NCBI GenBank assembly: GCA_020341795.1
Contig: CP070836.1
Span: 1,535,613-1,599,612 of the forward strand
Length of the DNA: 64,000 bases
DNA from: Thermoplasmatales archaeon
GTDB taxonomy: Archaea; Thermoplasmatota; E2; DHVEG-1
Direction: 5' to 3'
The notes beneath the pieces were generated by a model. The model saw only the letters and a list, made by a program, of their open reading frames with translations, made no database searches and was not told the DNA's origin. The translations under genes were made by a program, and so were the position numbers. Positions 37,688-47,560 of the stretch are shown piece after piece. The number at the start of each line of letters is the position of its first letter. The stretch's first letter is position 1.

Positions 37688-39334
37688 ATGCCTCAGGATA
37701 TTTATGATAAAATCATGATGCTTGCAAAAAGACGTGGTTTTATTTATCCCTCTTTTGAAATCTATGGTGGGGTAGCAGGTTTTTATGATTACGGACCTTT
37801 AGGATCGCAACTTAAAAATAATATTGAAAAAATATGGAGAGAATATTACCTTCTTAAAGATAAATGTGTTGAAATAAGCACCCCGACTGTAACGCTATAT
37901 GAAGTTTTAAAAGCATCTGGTCATGTTGATGAATTTACTGATCTTACAGTTGATTGTAAAAAATGTAAGCAATCCTATAAAGTTGAAGATATCATTGATG
38001 AAAAGTTAAGTGTTGAAAATGCAATCAAGGAAGAAAAAGTAAAATGTCCTAATTGTGGTGTTAAACTTAAAGATGTTCATCCTGTAAATTTAATGTTTTC
38101 TACAAAAATTGGAATTGGGAAAAGTCGTGATGCATTTTTAAGACCTGAAACAGCTCAAGGGATTTTTACAGATTTTCATTTGTTATATCGATATGCTCGT
38201 GAAAAATTACCATTTGGAGTTATTCAAATTGGCCGAGGTTACAGAAATGAAGTCTCACCCAGACAGGGAGCGATACGACTTAGAGAATTTTCAATGGCTG
38301 AAGCTGAAATATTTTTTGATCCAAAAGATAAAAAACATCCTAATTTTGAAAAGATTAAAGATGAACAAATCATACTTTTTGATAATATTAAAGAAACAAA
38401 AATTACTTTTGAAAAAGCTGTAAAAGATAAAGTGATTGATAACCAAGCACTTGCCTATTATATATATTTAACACAGGATTTCTTATTATCTACAGGTATA
38501 GATGCTAAAAAATTTAGATTTAGAAAACATGGAGAAAATGAGCTTGCTCATTATGCAACCGAATGTTGGGATGCAGAAATATATAGTGAAAGATTTGGAT
38601 GGATTGAATGTGTGGGTATTGCAGATAGATCTGCATATGATCTAAGATCTCATATTGAATCCACTAATACCGATATGTATGCAATAAAAAAATTTGAAAA
38701 ACCGAAAACTGTTAAAATAAAAAAGATAACTCCAAAGATGGATGCTCTTGGTCCTCTTTTCAAAGGAAAAGCAGGAAAAATAAAAAATATACTTGAAAAT
38801 ATGGTTATAAAAGATATCACTAAGTTGTTAATTGAAATTGATGGAGAAACAGTGGAAATTCCTGATAATTGTTATGAAATAGTTGAAAAAATCGAAAAAC
38901 AAGCCATGGAAAAGTTTGTTCCTCATGTAATTGAACCTTCTTATGGTATAGATAGAATATTATATTGCATTCTTGAGCATAGCTATAATGAAACAGAAAA
39001 AAAGGGAGTGGAATATAGGCTTTTGAAGCTTAACATAAATGTTGCACCAATTAAAGTTGGTGTTTTTCCATTAATAAACGATCAAAAACTAGTAAAAATT
39101 GCAAGAGAAATTGATTTAGATTTACGCAATGCCGGTATTGCTACATATTATGATGATGGTGGTACTATTGGTAGACGTTATGCTCGTATGGATGAGGTCG
39201 GAACTCCTTTTTGTTTAACAGTTGATCATGAAACATTGAAGGATAAAACTATTACTATAAGAGATAGAGATACTACGAAACAAAAAAGAAAAAAATTAGA
39301 TGAAATTGTTGTTTATATAAAAGATAAACTATGA
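37688..39334 (+). CDS. glyS: Glycyl-tRNA synthetase (archaeal/eukaryotic alpha2 type)
   Basis: N-terminus RRGFIYPSFEIYGGVAGFYDYGPLG, class II motifs, and an anticodon-binding C-terminus. Confidence 0.9.
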   Translation: MPQDIYDKIMMLAKRRGFIYPSFEIYGGVAGFYDYGPLGSQLKNNIEKIWREYYLLKDKCVEISTPTVTLYEVLKASGHVDEFTDLTVDCKKCKQSYKVEDIIDEKLSVENAIKEEKVKCPNCGVKLKDVHPVNLMFSTKIGIGKSRDAFLRPETAQGIFTDFHLLYRYAREKLPFGVIQIGRGYRNEVSPRQGAIRLREFSMAEAEIFFDPKDKKHPNFEKIKDEQIILFDNIKETKITFEKAVKDKVIDNQALAYYIYLTQDFLLSTGIDAKKFRFRKHGENELAHYATECWDAEIYSERFGWIECVGIADRSAYDLRSHIESTNTDMYAIKKFEKPKTVKIKKITPKMDALGPLFKGKAGKIKNILENMVIKDITKLLIEIDGETVEIPDNCYEIVEKIEKQAMEKFVPHVIEPSYGIDRILYCILEHSYNETEKKGVEYRLLKLNINVAPIKVGVFPLINDQKLVKIAREIDLDLRNAGIATYYDDGGTIGRRYARMDEVGTPFCLTVDHETLKDKTITIRDRDTTKQKRKKLDEIVVYIKDKL

Positions 39335-39472
39335 TCATTATTCTTTGATTTCGAATATGACTATTACTTAGTCAAGATTCCGTTCGCTCTAATATATCAT
39401 AATTCTATACATAAATATTTAAATTATAGTTTGTATAAGTTTTTTTCATATATTACTCTAAAAGGTCAAAAA

Positions 39473-40789
39473 TTAAAAAGTTTTTAGAGCTTGGTCAATA
39501 GTTTCTAAAGCTTTATCTATCTCAGAAGATGTTATTATTAAGGGTGGTCTGAATCTTATTGTTTTCTCTCCACAACCAATTACAATCAAACCATTTGAAT
39601 AAAGTTTCTTTCTTAATTCATCTCTTTTTTCAGAGGAGATAAGATCAAATGCACACATTAAACCTAAACCTCGTGCATTTAATATTTTATCTGGATATTT
39701 TTCAGATATTTTTATTAGACCTTCTAAAAGACGTTTCCCTTGATCTTCTGCATTTTTAACAAGATTTTCTTCTTTTATTACCTCTAGATATTTTTGACAG
39801 CGAAACATATCAACAAGGTTTCCACCCCAAGTAGAATTGAGTCTACTAGATACTTTGAAAACATTTTCTTTTATTTCATCAACTCTATCTCCGACCATTA
39901 TACCGCATACCTGGGTTTTTTTACCAAAAGCAAGTATATCAGGTTTGAAGTCAAAATGTTCGTATGCCCACATTTTACCTGTTAAACCAACTCCAGTTTG
40001 CACCTCATCAAGAATAAACATTATTTCATGTTCATTACATATTTTTCTTAGCTCGTGAAAAAACTTTTTTCTAAAATGATTATCTCCACCTTCACCTTGA
40101 ATAGGTTCAATAATGAGAGCTGCAATATCATTTGGATTTTCTGTAATTGCTTTTTCTATTTCTGATAATGCTTGTTTTTCAAGTTGTTTTACTTTTGTTA
40201 GATTTTCTTGGTTTAATGGATATGTTATTTTTGGATTGATTATTCTTGGCCAATTAAATTTTGTATAATATTTTATTTTATTCACATTATATGTATTTGT
40301 TAAAGAAAGAGTGTATCCTGTTCTACCATGAAATGCTTCGTTAAAATGAATTACTTGTGTTCCTAATTCTTTTTCACCCTGCTTTAAATTTTTACGAATT
40401 TTCCAGTCAAATGCTGTTTTAATCCCGTTTTCTACTGCTAGCGATCCTCCACTTATAAAAAATAGATATTTAAAATAACTAGGTACAGCATGTCTGGCAA
40501 AACTGTCTACAAAATTTGCCAGTTCTACAGTATAAATATCAGAGTTTGTTGGTTTATTTACAGCAACTTCACCTATTTTTTGTATAAATTCAGGATTTGA
40601 TAGTTTAGGGTGATTACAACCAAGTGGTGCTGATGCGAAAAAAGAAAAACAATCTAAAAAGTATTTATTTTCTCGTGAATCATATATTTGACAACCTTTA
40701 CTTTTTCTTAAATCTAGAACAAAGTCAAAACCGTCGACTATGATATATTTTGATAAAGTTTTATGGACATTTTCTGGTTTAATTGACAA
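39473..40789 (-). CDS. L-lysine 6-aminotransferase-like class III aminotransferase
   Basis: N-terminus HKTLSKYIIVDGFDFVLDLRKSKGCQIYD, which is the LAT pattern, and PLP region DEVQTGVGLTGKMWAYEH. Confidence 0.65.
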   Translation of the reverse strand: MSIKPENVHKTLSKYIIVDGFDFVLDLRKSKGCQIYDSRENKYFLDCFSFFASAPLGCNHPKLSNPEFIQKIGEVAVNKPTNSDIYTVELANFVDSFARHAVPSYFKYLFFISGGSLAVENGIKTAFDWKIRKNLKQGEKELGTQVIHFNEAFHGRTGYTLSLTNTYNVNKIKYYTKFNWPRIINPKITYPLNQENLTKVKQLEKQALSEIEKAITENPNDIAALIIEPIQGEGGDNHFRKKFFHELRKICNEHEIMFILDEVQTGVGLTGKMWAYEHFDFKPDILAFGKKTQVCGIMVGDRVDEIKENVFKVSSRLNSTWGGNLVDMFRCQKYLEVIKEENLVKNAEDQGKRLLEGLIKISEKYPDKILNARGLGLMCAFDLISSEKRDELRKKLYSNGLIVIGCGEKTIRFRPPLIITSSEIDKALETIDQALKTF

Positions 40790-41106
40790 ATTTTTTAACC
40801 CCCATTTTATTAAACGTTGTTAAGTTATTAAAGCGGTTATCTTTCTATCCTATAAAACGATATCGATATAAGATTTATTTGTTAAAATCTTAAAATAAGT
40901 CCAACAAACAATAAAACAATAAAAATTAAAAAATTCAACAATAACTCTGGGATGTATTATTGTTATTTTTAATAAACTTAAGTTTAATATTGTATAAAGG
41001 AAAAAACATAGAGGTATAATACTTAAAAATAAAAATATTTGACCAATGTTATTGATATTTACATTTTTTCAATATATCATATTTTAAAAAATTATTCTAT
41101 TTAAAA

Positions 41107-41170
41107 GTGGAGGTGGAGAGAGGGGAGAAGAGGGAGAATACAGGGATGGGAATGCATATCCCCTCTCTCA
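41107..41170 (-). terminator. G/C-rich hairpin followed by T-run, candidate terminator of 41186..43240
   Basis: GAGAGGGG...CCCCTCTCTC inverted repeat, with an inner GGGAT/ATCCC. It sits 16 nt downstream of the stop of the minus-strand gene, and a T-rich tract follows on the minus strand. Confidence 0.4.
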
Positions 41171-41185
41171 AATATATATGGTCGT

Positions 41186-43240
41186 TTAAACAAGTTTTAA
41201 ACTATTTAATTCACTTAAATCTTCAAGACTATTCATTTTAATCATACTATCTGAAATTGTATAAAGAATATTATGGATGTAGAGTGAACGACGAATTTCT
41301 TTAGGCCCATAATATCCCCAATTACCTGTTTTAATTATATCTTGATTTTCCAGATGTGATATTCTACCTCGATATTCAAAACCATCAAGGTTCAAACGAT
41401 AAACATAAGCACCTTGAAAAGTAAAATCACCACGGATATTGCCTGTATAACCATTGTTTTTTTCTTTGATTTCATCTGCTATTTCACATAGACTAATTGG
41501 TATTACTAAGAGTTCTTTTTCTCTATCAAATAAAAATGCTTTATGATCATATAGAGCAGGACTACTAGTTCCTCTATCACCAATTATAACCTTTGAAAGT
41601 TCTTTTGGATTATCAAAATCACTTACATCAAAAAGTGCGATTTTAATTCCTTGATACCATGCAAAATCTACATTTCTTGACTCCTTTAAATCATCCATAG
41701 CTTCTACGGTATCTTTTCCAATTCCAATGATATGATTTTCATCAAACGGATGTAAATAATCTGAATAACCTGGAATTTTAAGTTTTCCAAGAACTTGTGG
41801 ATTTTTTGGATCTGATAAATCCAATGTAAAAAAAGGATCTACTTTTTTGAAGGTTACAAGATATGCTTTTTCACCCATGAATCTAGCTGAATAAATTTGT
41901 TCTCCAGAGGCAATGCTTTCGATTTCTGAGACTCTATTTAGTTCATGATCTAGTATATACACGTTATTACTTGATTTTTTTTCAGAATCCCATACATTAC
42001 CTATTGTAGTAGCGATTCTAAAATATCCATCATGTTCATCCATTGAAAACTGATTTAATATTCTACCAGGTACTTCACCTTGTGTTATATATGAAATATC
42101 TCTGTTTTTAATTGATATTTTATGAATAATTGTTTTTTCAGTTGATCTTCTATATCCTATACCAGATGATATTAGAGACTCCTCGAATTCATAACTAGTT
42201 TGAGCAAGATATATATTATTTTTTGAAACATACATATTTTCAGAACTACTTATTAAAAAGCTTTCTTGATCGACTTCTTTATTATCAAGATTAATTGCTA
42301 TAACATTAGTCATTATATTAATAGGATCTGAAGAATCAACATAATGTATATGATTTGCAGGTAGTTTTTTTGTAACACCATTAATTGTTACTTGTGGAAT
42401 ATTGATTGTTTCATTACCTTCAAAAATTCTGTAAATTAATCCTGTATATTCTTGTGTAATAATATAAATTTGATTATTAATCATCCGTGAATCTACATAG
42501 TCTCCATCGATTTCAATTTCTTTTATAACTTTAGGATTTTTTCTATTAGAAACATCATAAATATTTACAATTGTTGAAGTAAATAATGGCCACCAACACT
42601 CAATATAATCTTCTTCATTAGACTCAGGGTATGGTATTTCTCGATATGAAGATCCAAAAATTACTAATTTGTTCTCATTTATGAAAATATTATTCACATA
42701 TATTGAATTATTTAATGAGATTTCAGAAAATAGATCAGAATCTATAGTTGGATAAGCGTTAATAATATAAACTTTTGAATTAGCGATCATATAAATATAT
42801 GTTCCATCTGTTTTTATTATATCAGGTTCATCCATACCCTCAACTTGATTGTTTGTTTTTGAATAATCAACAACAGTTTCACCATCAATACTAATATCGA
42901 GAATAGTTGATGATGGTGACATTGATTTACCTGTGGATCTAGTAGAAAATAAATTAACTTGCGGACCACCCCAATCTTCTAAATAATACCAACCATATCC
43001 TCCATTTCCACTCCAATTATTTTGTAAATAATCTATAAAATCGTCATATGAAGAAAATGTTTTCAAATCACTAGTTGAACCATTATCAAAATAATGTCTA
43101 AAAAACCAATCAAAAGAGTTACCAAATACACTGGGTTGAACATTAATTGCATAAACAAAACTAATTATTATAATAATACTCGCAAAAGCAATTTCTTTTT
43201 TTTTCAAACTTTTTTTATCCATATAATCACATCTTTTCAA
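41186..43240 (-). CDS. Secreted beta-propeller domain protein (archaeal Beta_propel/COG4880-like)
   Basis: N-terminal TM/signal. The C-terminal region reads DPFFTLDLSDPKNPQVLGKLKIPGYSDYLHPFDENHIIGIGKD, as in that family. Confidence 0.55.
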   Translation of the reverse strand: MKRCDYMDKKSLKKKEIAFASIIIIISFVYAINVQPSVFGNSFDWFFRHYFDNGSTSDLKTFSSYDDFIDYLQNNWSGNGGYGWYYLEDWGGPQVNLFSTRSTGKSMSPSSTILDISIDGETVVDYSKTNNQVEGMDEPDIIKTDGTYIYMIANSKVYIINAYPTIDSDLFSEISLNNSIYVNNIFINENKLVIFGSSYREIPYPESNEEDYIECWWPLFTSTIVNIYDVSNRKNPKVIKEIEIDGDYVDSRMINNQIYIITQEYTGLIYRIFEGNETINIPQVTINGVTKKLPANHIHYVDSSDPINIMTNVIAINLDNKEVDQESFLISSSENMYVSKNNIYLAQTSYEFEESLISSGIGYRRSTEKTIIHKISIKNRDISYITQGEVPGRILNQFSMDEHDGYFRIATTIGNVWDSEKKSSNNVYILDHELNRVSEIESIASGEQIYSARFMGEKAYLVTFKKVDPFFTLDLSDPKNPQVLGKLKIPGYSDYLHPFDENHIIGIGKDTVEAMDDLKESRNVDFAWYQGIKIALFDVSDFDNPKELSKVIIGDRGTSSPALYDHKAFLFDREKELLVIPISLCEIADEIKEKNNGYTGNIRGDFTFQGAYVYRLNLDGFEYRGRISHLENQDIIKTGNWGYYGPKEIRRSLYIHNILYTISDSMIKMNSLEDLSELNSLKLV

Positions 43241-43362
43241 CTTTACATTTGAGTTATATTACTCTTAGTTTATATATGGTCTGAAAACGTTCGGAAAAAG
43301 CCAAACAGTTATTTCATTAATTTATAATTCTTTAGGTAAGAAATTTATAGAAATTTTGTAAA

Positions 43363-44688
43363 TTATAGATTTGTTACTTTTTCTTTAAATTTAATATTCA
43401 TCTGTTTTAGTTCATCTAGTATTGGATTATATATTTCAGGGATAACTGGAATATGAACTCCTCTTAAGTTAATCTTATTTTTAAGTATCATTTTGACGGC
43501 TATTGCTGCAGGTAGTGAAACTGTTCGTGCAATAGCTGAATCCGCATTTGGAATTCCATAGTCAATAAAGGTTGAAGTAATGAACTCTTTTTTAGTTGGG
43601 TAATTTACTATAAATTCATGATGCATTACTATCATATCTCTTTGGTCAGGTTTAAGAGTCATTTTTTTCAAGGTTATTACATTAAGATAATCCAATGGAT
43701 TATCTTTATCAGCAGGTAGAGTTTCATTACTAAAAAGACCTAACCATTCAAGTCTTTTTATAACAGTTGAATATGTTGTAAGCTCTAAAAATCTGGCAGA
43801 AGAAATTATTAAATCTTCATCTGATTTTGCATTAATAAGAAACCTTGTTAAATCACCATAAGTTTTTCCTTTAAATTTACTAAGAGGTTTTTCATTTAAC
43901 CAACCTAAAGCTGCAATTTTTCTAAAGGTTTCACACCAACCAGTCATTCTAAAAGTTCCACGATAAACAGTATGTGCGTCTTTTAGTCCATATATATCTT
44001 TATAAGGAACTGAATTACGGTTGGGGTAATTTTCAAAACTTCCTATATCTGGGACATCTTGGATATAATAATTTTCAAAAAGTTGTTCTCCAGGATATGA
44101 TATTATTTTTCCATTCTCTATCCATTTTGAAGGATTTTTTGATGCAAGAAGGACACCGCGAGGAGCCCATGAAAATTTATAACCAAATGGATTATTGTTT
44201 GTTTCGAAGGCAGGTAGTGCACCTGTTGAAGACTTAAAACTTAGAATTTTACCTCCATTTTTTTCTATTTTATGAATAACTATCATTGCAGACATATGAT
44301 CGATACCGGGATCAAGACCACATTCATTTAATATCAAGATACCTGCATTTTTTGCTTCTTTGTCAAGGGCTATCATATCATCGCTAACATAAGAGGTTGT
44401 AACCATTGGAATCTTATGTTTAATACATATTTTTGCAACTTTTACATGATAGATATAGGGTAAGAGGCTGACAGTTAGATCAGATTCAGAAATTAATTTT
44501 TCTAATAAGTTTTCATCTCTTACGTTTAATGATATTGCTTTTCCTCTTGGATGGTTATCTATTATTTTTTCCGCTTTGCTAACGGTTCTACTAGCCATTG
44601 TAACATAAAAATCTGGTATTTCAAGAAGATATCTTATCATAGGTCTTGAAATGAGTCCCGCGCCAAGCACTAAAATTTTTTTTTCCAT
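43363..44688 (-). CDS. Saccharopine dehydrogenase (NADP-binding, saccharopine reductase-like)
   Basis: KILVLGAGLISRP Rossmann start and a Sacchrp_dh-type C-terminal domain. 441 aa. Confidence 0.7.
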   Translation of the reverse strand: MEKKILVLGAGLISRPMIRYLLEIPDFYVTMASRTVSKAEKIIDNHPRGKAISLNVRDENLLEKLISESDLTVSLLPYIYHVKVAKICIKHKIPMVTTSYVSDDMIALDKEAKNAGILILNECGLDPGIDHMSAMIVIHKIEKNGGKILSFKSSTGALPAFETNNNPFGYKFSWAPRGVLLASKNPSKWIENGKIISYPGEQLFENYYIQDVPDIGSFENYPNRNSVPYKDIYGLKDAHTVYRGTFRMTGWCETFRKIAALGWLNEKPLSKFKGKTYGDLTRFLINAKSDEDLIISSARFLELTTYSTVIKRLEWLGLFSNETLPADKDNPLDYLNVITLKKMTLKPDQRDMIVMHHEFIVNYPTKKEFITSTFIDYGIPNADSAIARTVSLPAAIAVKMILKNKINLRGVHIPVIPEIYNPILDELKQMNIKFKEKVTNL

Positions 44689-44739
44689 AAATATCTACTA
44701 TTTTATTATTAAAAGTTAGAACCTGCAAAAAGTCATCAA

Positions 44740-46038
44740 TTATAAAAAACTGTTGATATACTCATATTCTGGAGTAAGTTTTCCTTTATATAATATCACA
44801 GCTTTTTTAATCTCTGATGGTAAAGCTAAATTTTTAAAATCCGTAGAATAATCAGCTTTTACAATCGGTGGAATAAAACGAATAAGAGAATCGCTAAAAG
44901 CCTTAGAGGATTCAAATGGTAGTTCACAAGGTAGATTATCGATAGCCATAACAACAACACCACTACCATTATATCCATCTACTATATCACGACGGATAGG
45001 ATTGTAAACGAAAACAGGATTCCCAGGTGTGGTAGTTTTTTCTGTAAATTCAATAGCTCCATTTATATCAACGCTTATATCTCCTACAACTTGTAATTTC
45101 ATTTGTCTTGTATAATTTTTTTCAAGGAAATATTTAGTAATTAACCTTGGATATTTTTCACTCCAATATATACAATTCATAAGTATTGAAAGCCGGTGAA
45201 TATATTGTTGAAAAACAGAGTGATAAAGATGTGGATTATTATAATAATCTTGAAGGTTAAAACTTTTTTCTGTGTGGATTGGTTCAACTAAATCTTCTTC
45301 TTTAAAAACTACTTTATAAATAATTTTATCAGAAAAGTTTTCATGAATAGCTTCAAGTTGTTTTGGTCTGATTTCATCAACGGGTAATAAATCAAGTATT
45401 TCTTGTGCACCTTTTGACACATTTCCATAACCTACAAATCCTACGACTATTGGTGTTAGAAAATCTGGGATTCCTTTTTCTCGTATTTTATTTCCTATGC
45501 TCTCAATATGTTCTTTTGCTTCGTCTAAATTTTTATAATTTATAGTTTGTTTAATTTGACTAAGTGATGTATCAATACCTCTCCATTTAACACGTTGTCC
45601 AAAAGCCCATAAAATGTCTATCATTCCTACAATACCTGCATATCGTCCAAAAAACACGAGACGACGCCCTTGATTATCTATTATTTTCTCATAATCAATT
45701 AGGGTACATCCTAACTCTATCATTTTTTTAAGCATAGGCATATTTTTTTTCTGACCTTTAATCGTATGTGAGAAAAAAAGATATGTCTTGCCTTGAGAAA
45801 AAAAGTTATTTGGGATTTCTTTAATTGCAAAAACTGCATTAGAGGAAGATACATCTTCGACAACAGTTGCTCCAACTTGTTGATATTCTTTATCTGTAAA
45901 TGCTCTTATTTGAGATGGTTGAATCAATGTGTCAATGTTGTGTTTTTCTTTAAGCTCTTTTACATGCTCTGGTGTTATTGGTACACGTTTTTCCCACTTG
46001 TTTTTATCTTCTCTTCTAATCCCTAGTTTAAAGCTCAT
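44740..46038 (-). CDS. Lysine-ketoglutarate reductase-like (saccharopine dehydrogenase, L-lysine-forming; AlaDH/PNT fold)
   Basis: N-terminus GIRREDKNKWEKRVPITPEHVKEL matches the LYS1/LKR start pattern (R.E.K..E.R..LTP), with a central GVGNVSKGA-type NAD site (GYGNVSKGA). Confidence 0.65.
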   Translation of the reverse strand: MSFKLGIRREDKNKWEKRVPITPEHVKELKEKHNIDTLIQPSQIRAFTDKEYQQVGATVVEDVSSSNAVFAIKEIPNNFFSQGKTYLFFSHTIKGQKKNMPMLKKMIELGCTLIDYEKIIDNQGRRLVFFGRYAGIVGMIDILWAFGQRVKWRGIDTSLSQIKQTINYKNLDEAKEHIESIGNKIREKGIPDFLTPIVVGFVGYGNVSKGAQEILDLLPVDEIRPKQLEAIHENFSDKIIYKVVFKEEDLVEPIHTEKSFNLQDYYNNPHLYHSVFQQYIHRLSILMNCIYWSEKYPRLITKYFLEKNYTRQMKLQVVGDISVDINGAIEFTEKTTTPGNPVFVYNPIRRDIVDGYNGSGVVVMAIDNLPCELPFESSKAFSDSLIRFIPPIVKADYSTDFKNLALPSEIKKAVILYKGKLTPEYEYINSFL

Positions 46039-46094
46039 AAAGGTGGTTCTCCAGAATCCTTCATCTATTATGTTTTTAAAAAGATTATGAGGAT

Positions 46095-47177
46095 TTATTT
46101 ATATCTTAGAATTGCCCCAACATGACCAAGGTTTTTTAGTTCAGGATCATTAGAAAATTCAATTTCTGCATCTGTTCTTTCTGCAAACTCAAGTATTTCT
46201 TCTAATATATCTACTTGTGATACTTTATTTTTACAATAAGGACAATGATTTTTATATCCTTTTTTAACTATTTGACAATGTTCACAAATCCAACCTTTTA
46301 TTTTTATATCTTTTTCTATTATTAAGAGTTCAACTTGTCCATTTTTTACAGCTTGAAGAGTATCTTCAAGTCCATATACTGCTAAGCCATCTCGAAGAAT
46401 TTCTTGTTTTAGATGAAAAACTGCTTCATTACTCTGTCTATATTCTTTTTCAGCAATTAAATGAATTGACTCTTTTATTAGGCGATTTTCATCTTCTACA
46501 CTAATATCAATTACATCTATTATTTTATCTTTTAAATCTCTTGGAAGCATATCTATAAAATGATTTTTTGTATTGCCAGGTCCTGCGATAATAATTTGTT
46601 TATCTACTTTTTTTTGCAACTCTTCAACTACTTCTTTTAAAAATTGTTGTATTGCACCTCTCCTAAGTCTATTAAAACGAGCTTGTGAACATCCTCCTTT
46701 TTTATGTTTATTTATAATGTCTTTAGAAAGACTTTTTGAACTTTTGATTTCTCCAAAGCTAATTGAATATATTTTTGCGTAATTGGAACTCACTAAAACA
46801 AGAGTGAAAGATTCCCATTCATCCATAATTCTTACAAGAGGTCTAATATAAGGGGATGAGACAACAATTAGAGTGCTTTCAATTTTTATTGGAAGTTTAA
46901 TAATTTCAAAAAAATTGTTTTTATTAGACGAAAAAATTGCAACGCTACCTTTATTATAGTGTACTAGAGCTTTTTCAACTTTAAACATTGATTTTTTAAA
47001 ATTATCAAGTAATTCTCCTTTTAAAATTGACTCTATTGATTTTTTCCTTTTTTTAATAAACTTTGAATCTAATTCAGCTGAAAAATATAAGCTTATATAA
47101 GTATCATTACTATCTTTGTCATAAATTTCTGAGAGAGCTCGTATAACTCTATTAATATCACTAGACATAATTATCAA
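46095..47177 (-). CDS. Divergent aRF1/eRF1-family paralog (GGC in place of GGQ; degenerate N-domain; C-terminal zinc ribbon)
   Basis: KHKKGGCSQARFNRLRRGA aligns with the eRF1 KHGRGGQSALRFARLR. The N-terminus YISLYFS matches the aRF1 ISLYIP. NFKK stands where NIKS is expected. C-terminal CEHC...CPYC ribbon and a GHVGAILRY ending, as in aRF1. Confidence 0.7.
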   Translation of the reverse strand: MIIMSSDINRVIRALSEIYDKDSNDTYISLYFSAELDSKFIKKRKKSIESILKGELLDNFKKSMFKVEKALVHYNKGSVAIFSSNKNNFFEIIKLPIKIESTLIVVSSPYIRPLVRIMDEWESFTLVLVSSNYAKIYSISFGEIKSSKSLSKDIINKHKKGGCSQARFNRLRRGAIQQFLKEVVEELQKKVDKQIIIAGPGNTKNHFIDMLPRDLKDKIIDVIDISVEDENRLIKESIHLIAEKEYRQSNEAVFHLKQEILRDGLAVYGLEDTLQAVKNGQVELLIIEKDIKIKGWICEHCQIVKKGYKNHCPYCKNKVSQVDILEEILEFAERTDAEIEFSNDPELKNLGHVGAILRYK

Positions 47178-47272
47178 AAAAACAATAGTAATAATTAGTT
47201 TATAATTTCTTTTGAAAAAAATTTACTTTCACTTTACTTATACAAAATGATAAATATTAAAAATATAGATGT

Positions 47273-47560
47273 ATGATTAAAATGGTAAAAAAACAAAATT
47301 TAAAAAAAGAAATAAAAAATATTATTAGTGCCTCAGAAATCGGTCAATATTATTTTTGTTCAAATTCATGGTTTCTTCAAAAAAATGGATATATACCCAT
47401 ATCAAAGAAATTAGATACTGGAAATCGAAAACATGAAGAACTAGGAATAATCATTCATATACTTGAGAAACAAATGAAAAAAGCGAGATTAATTACACTA
47501 ACAGCTTATGTTTTATTTTTTATCTCAATTATTATTTTATTAATTGGGGTGATTTTTTGA
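47273..47560 (+). CDS. Cas4-like PD-(D/E)xK nuclease, N-terminal fragment (frameshifted; see next)
   Basis: Cas4 N-terminal pattern GQYYFCSNSWFLQK...GIIIHILE (N-terminal Fe-S Cys plus HE), ending in a hydrophobic helix. Confidence 0.5.
   Translation: MIKMVKKQNLKKEIKNIISASEIGQYYFCSNSWFLQKNGYIPISKKLDTGNRKHEELGIIIHILEKQMKKARLITLTAYVLFFISIIILLIGVIF

Noticed and set aside
46095-47177. Calling 46095..47177 Pelota (aPelota)
   Set aside because: The N-terminus lacks the Pelota Sm-like domain pattern (DDLWHLY-type). It instead matches the aRF1 start (ISLY...), the GGQ-loop context and the aRF1 C-terminal zinc ribbon/ILRY ending. I therefore treat it as a divergent aRF1 paralog, not Pelota.
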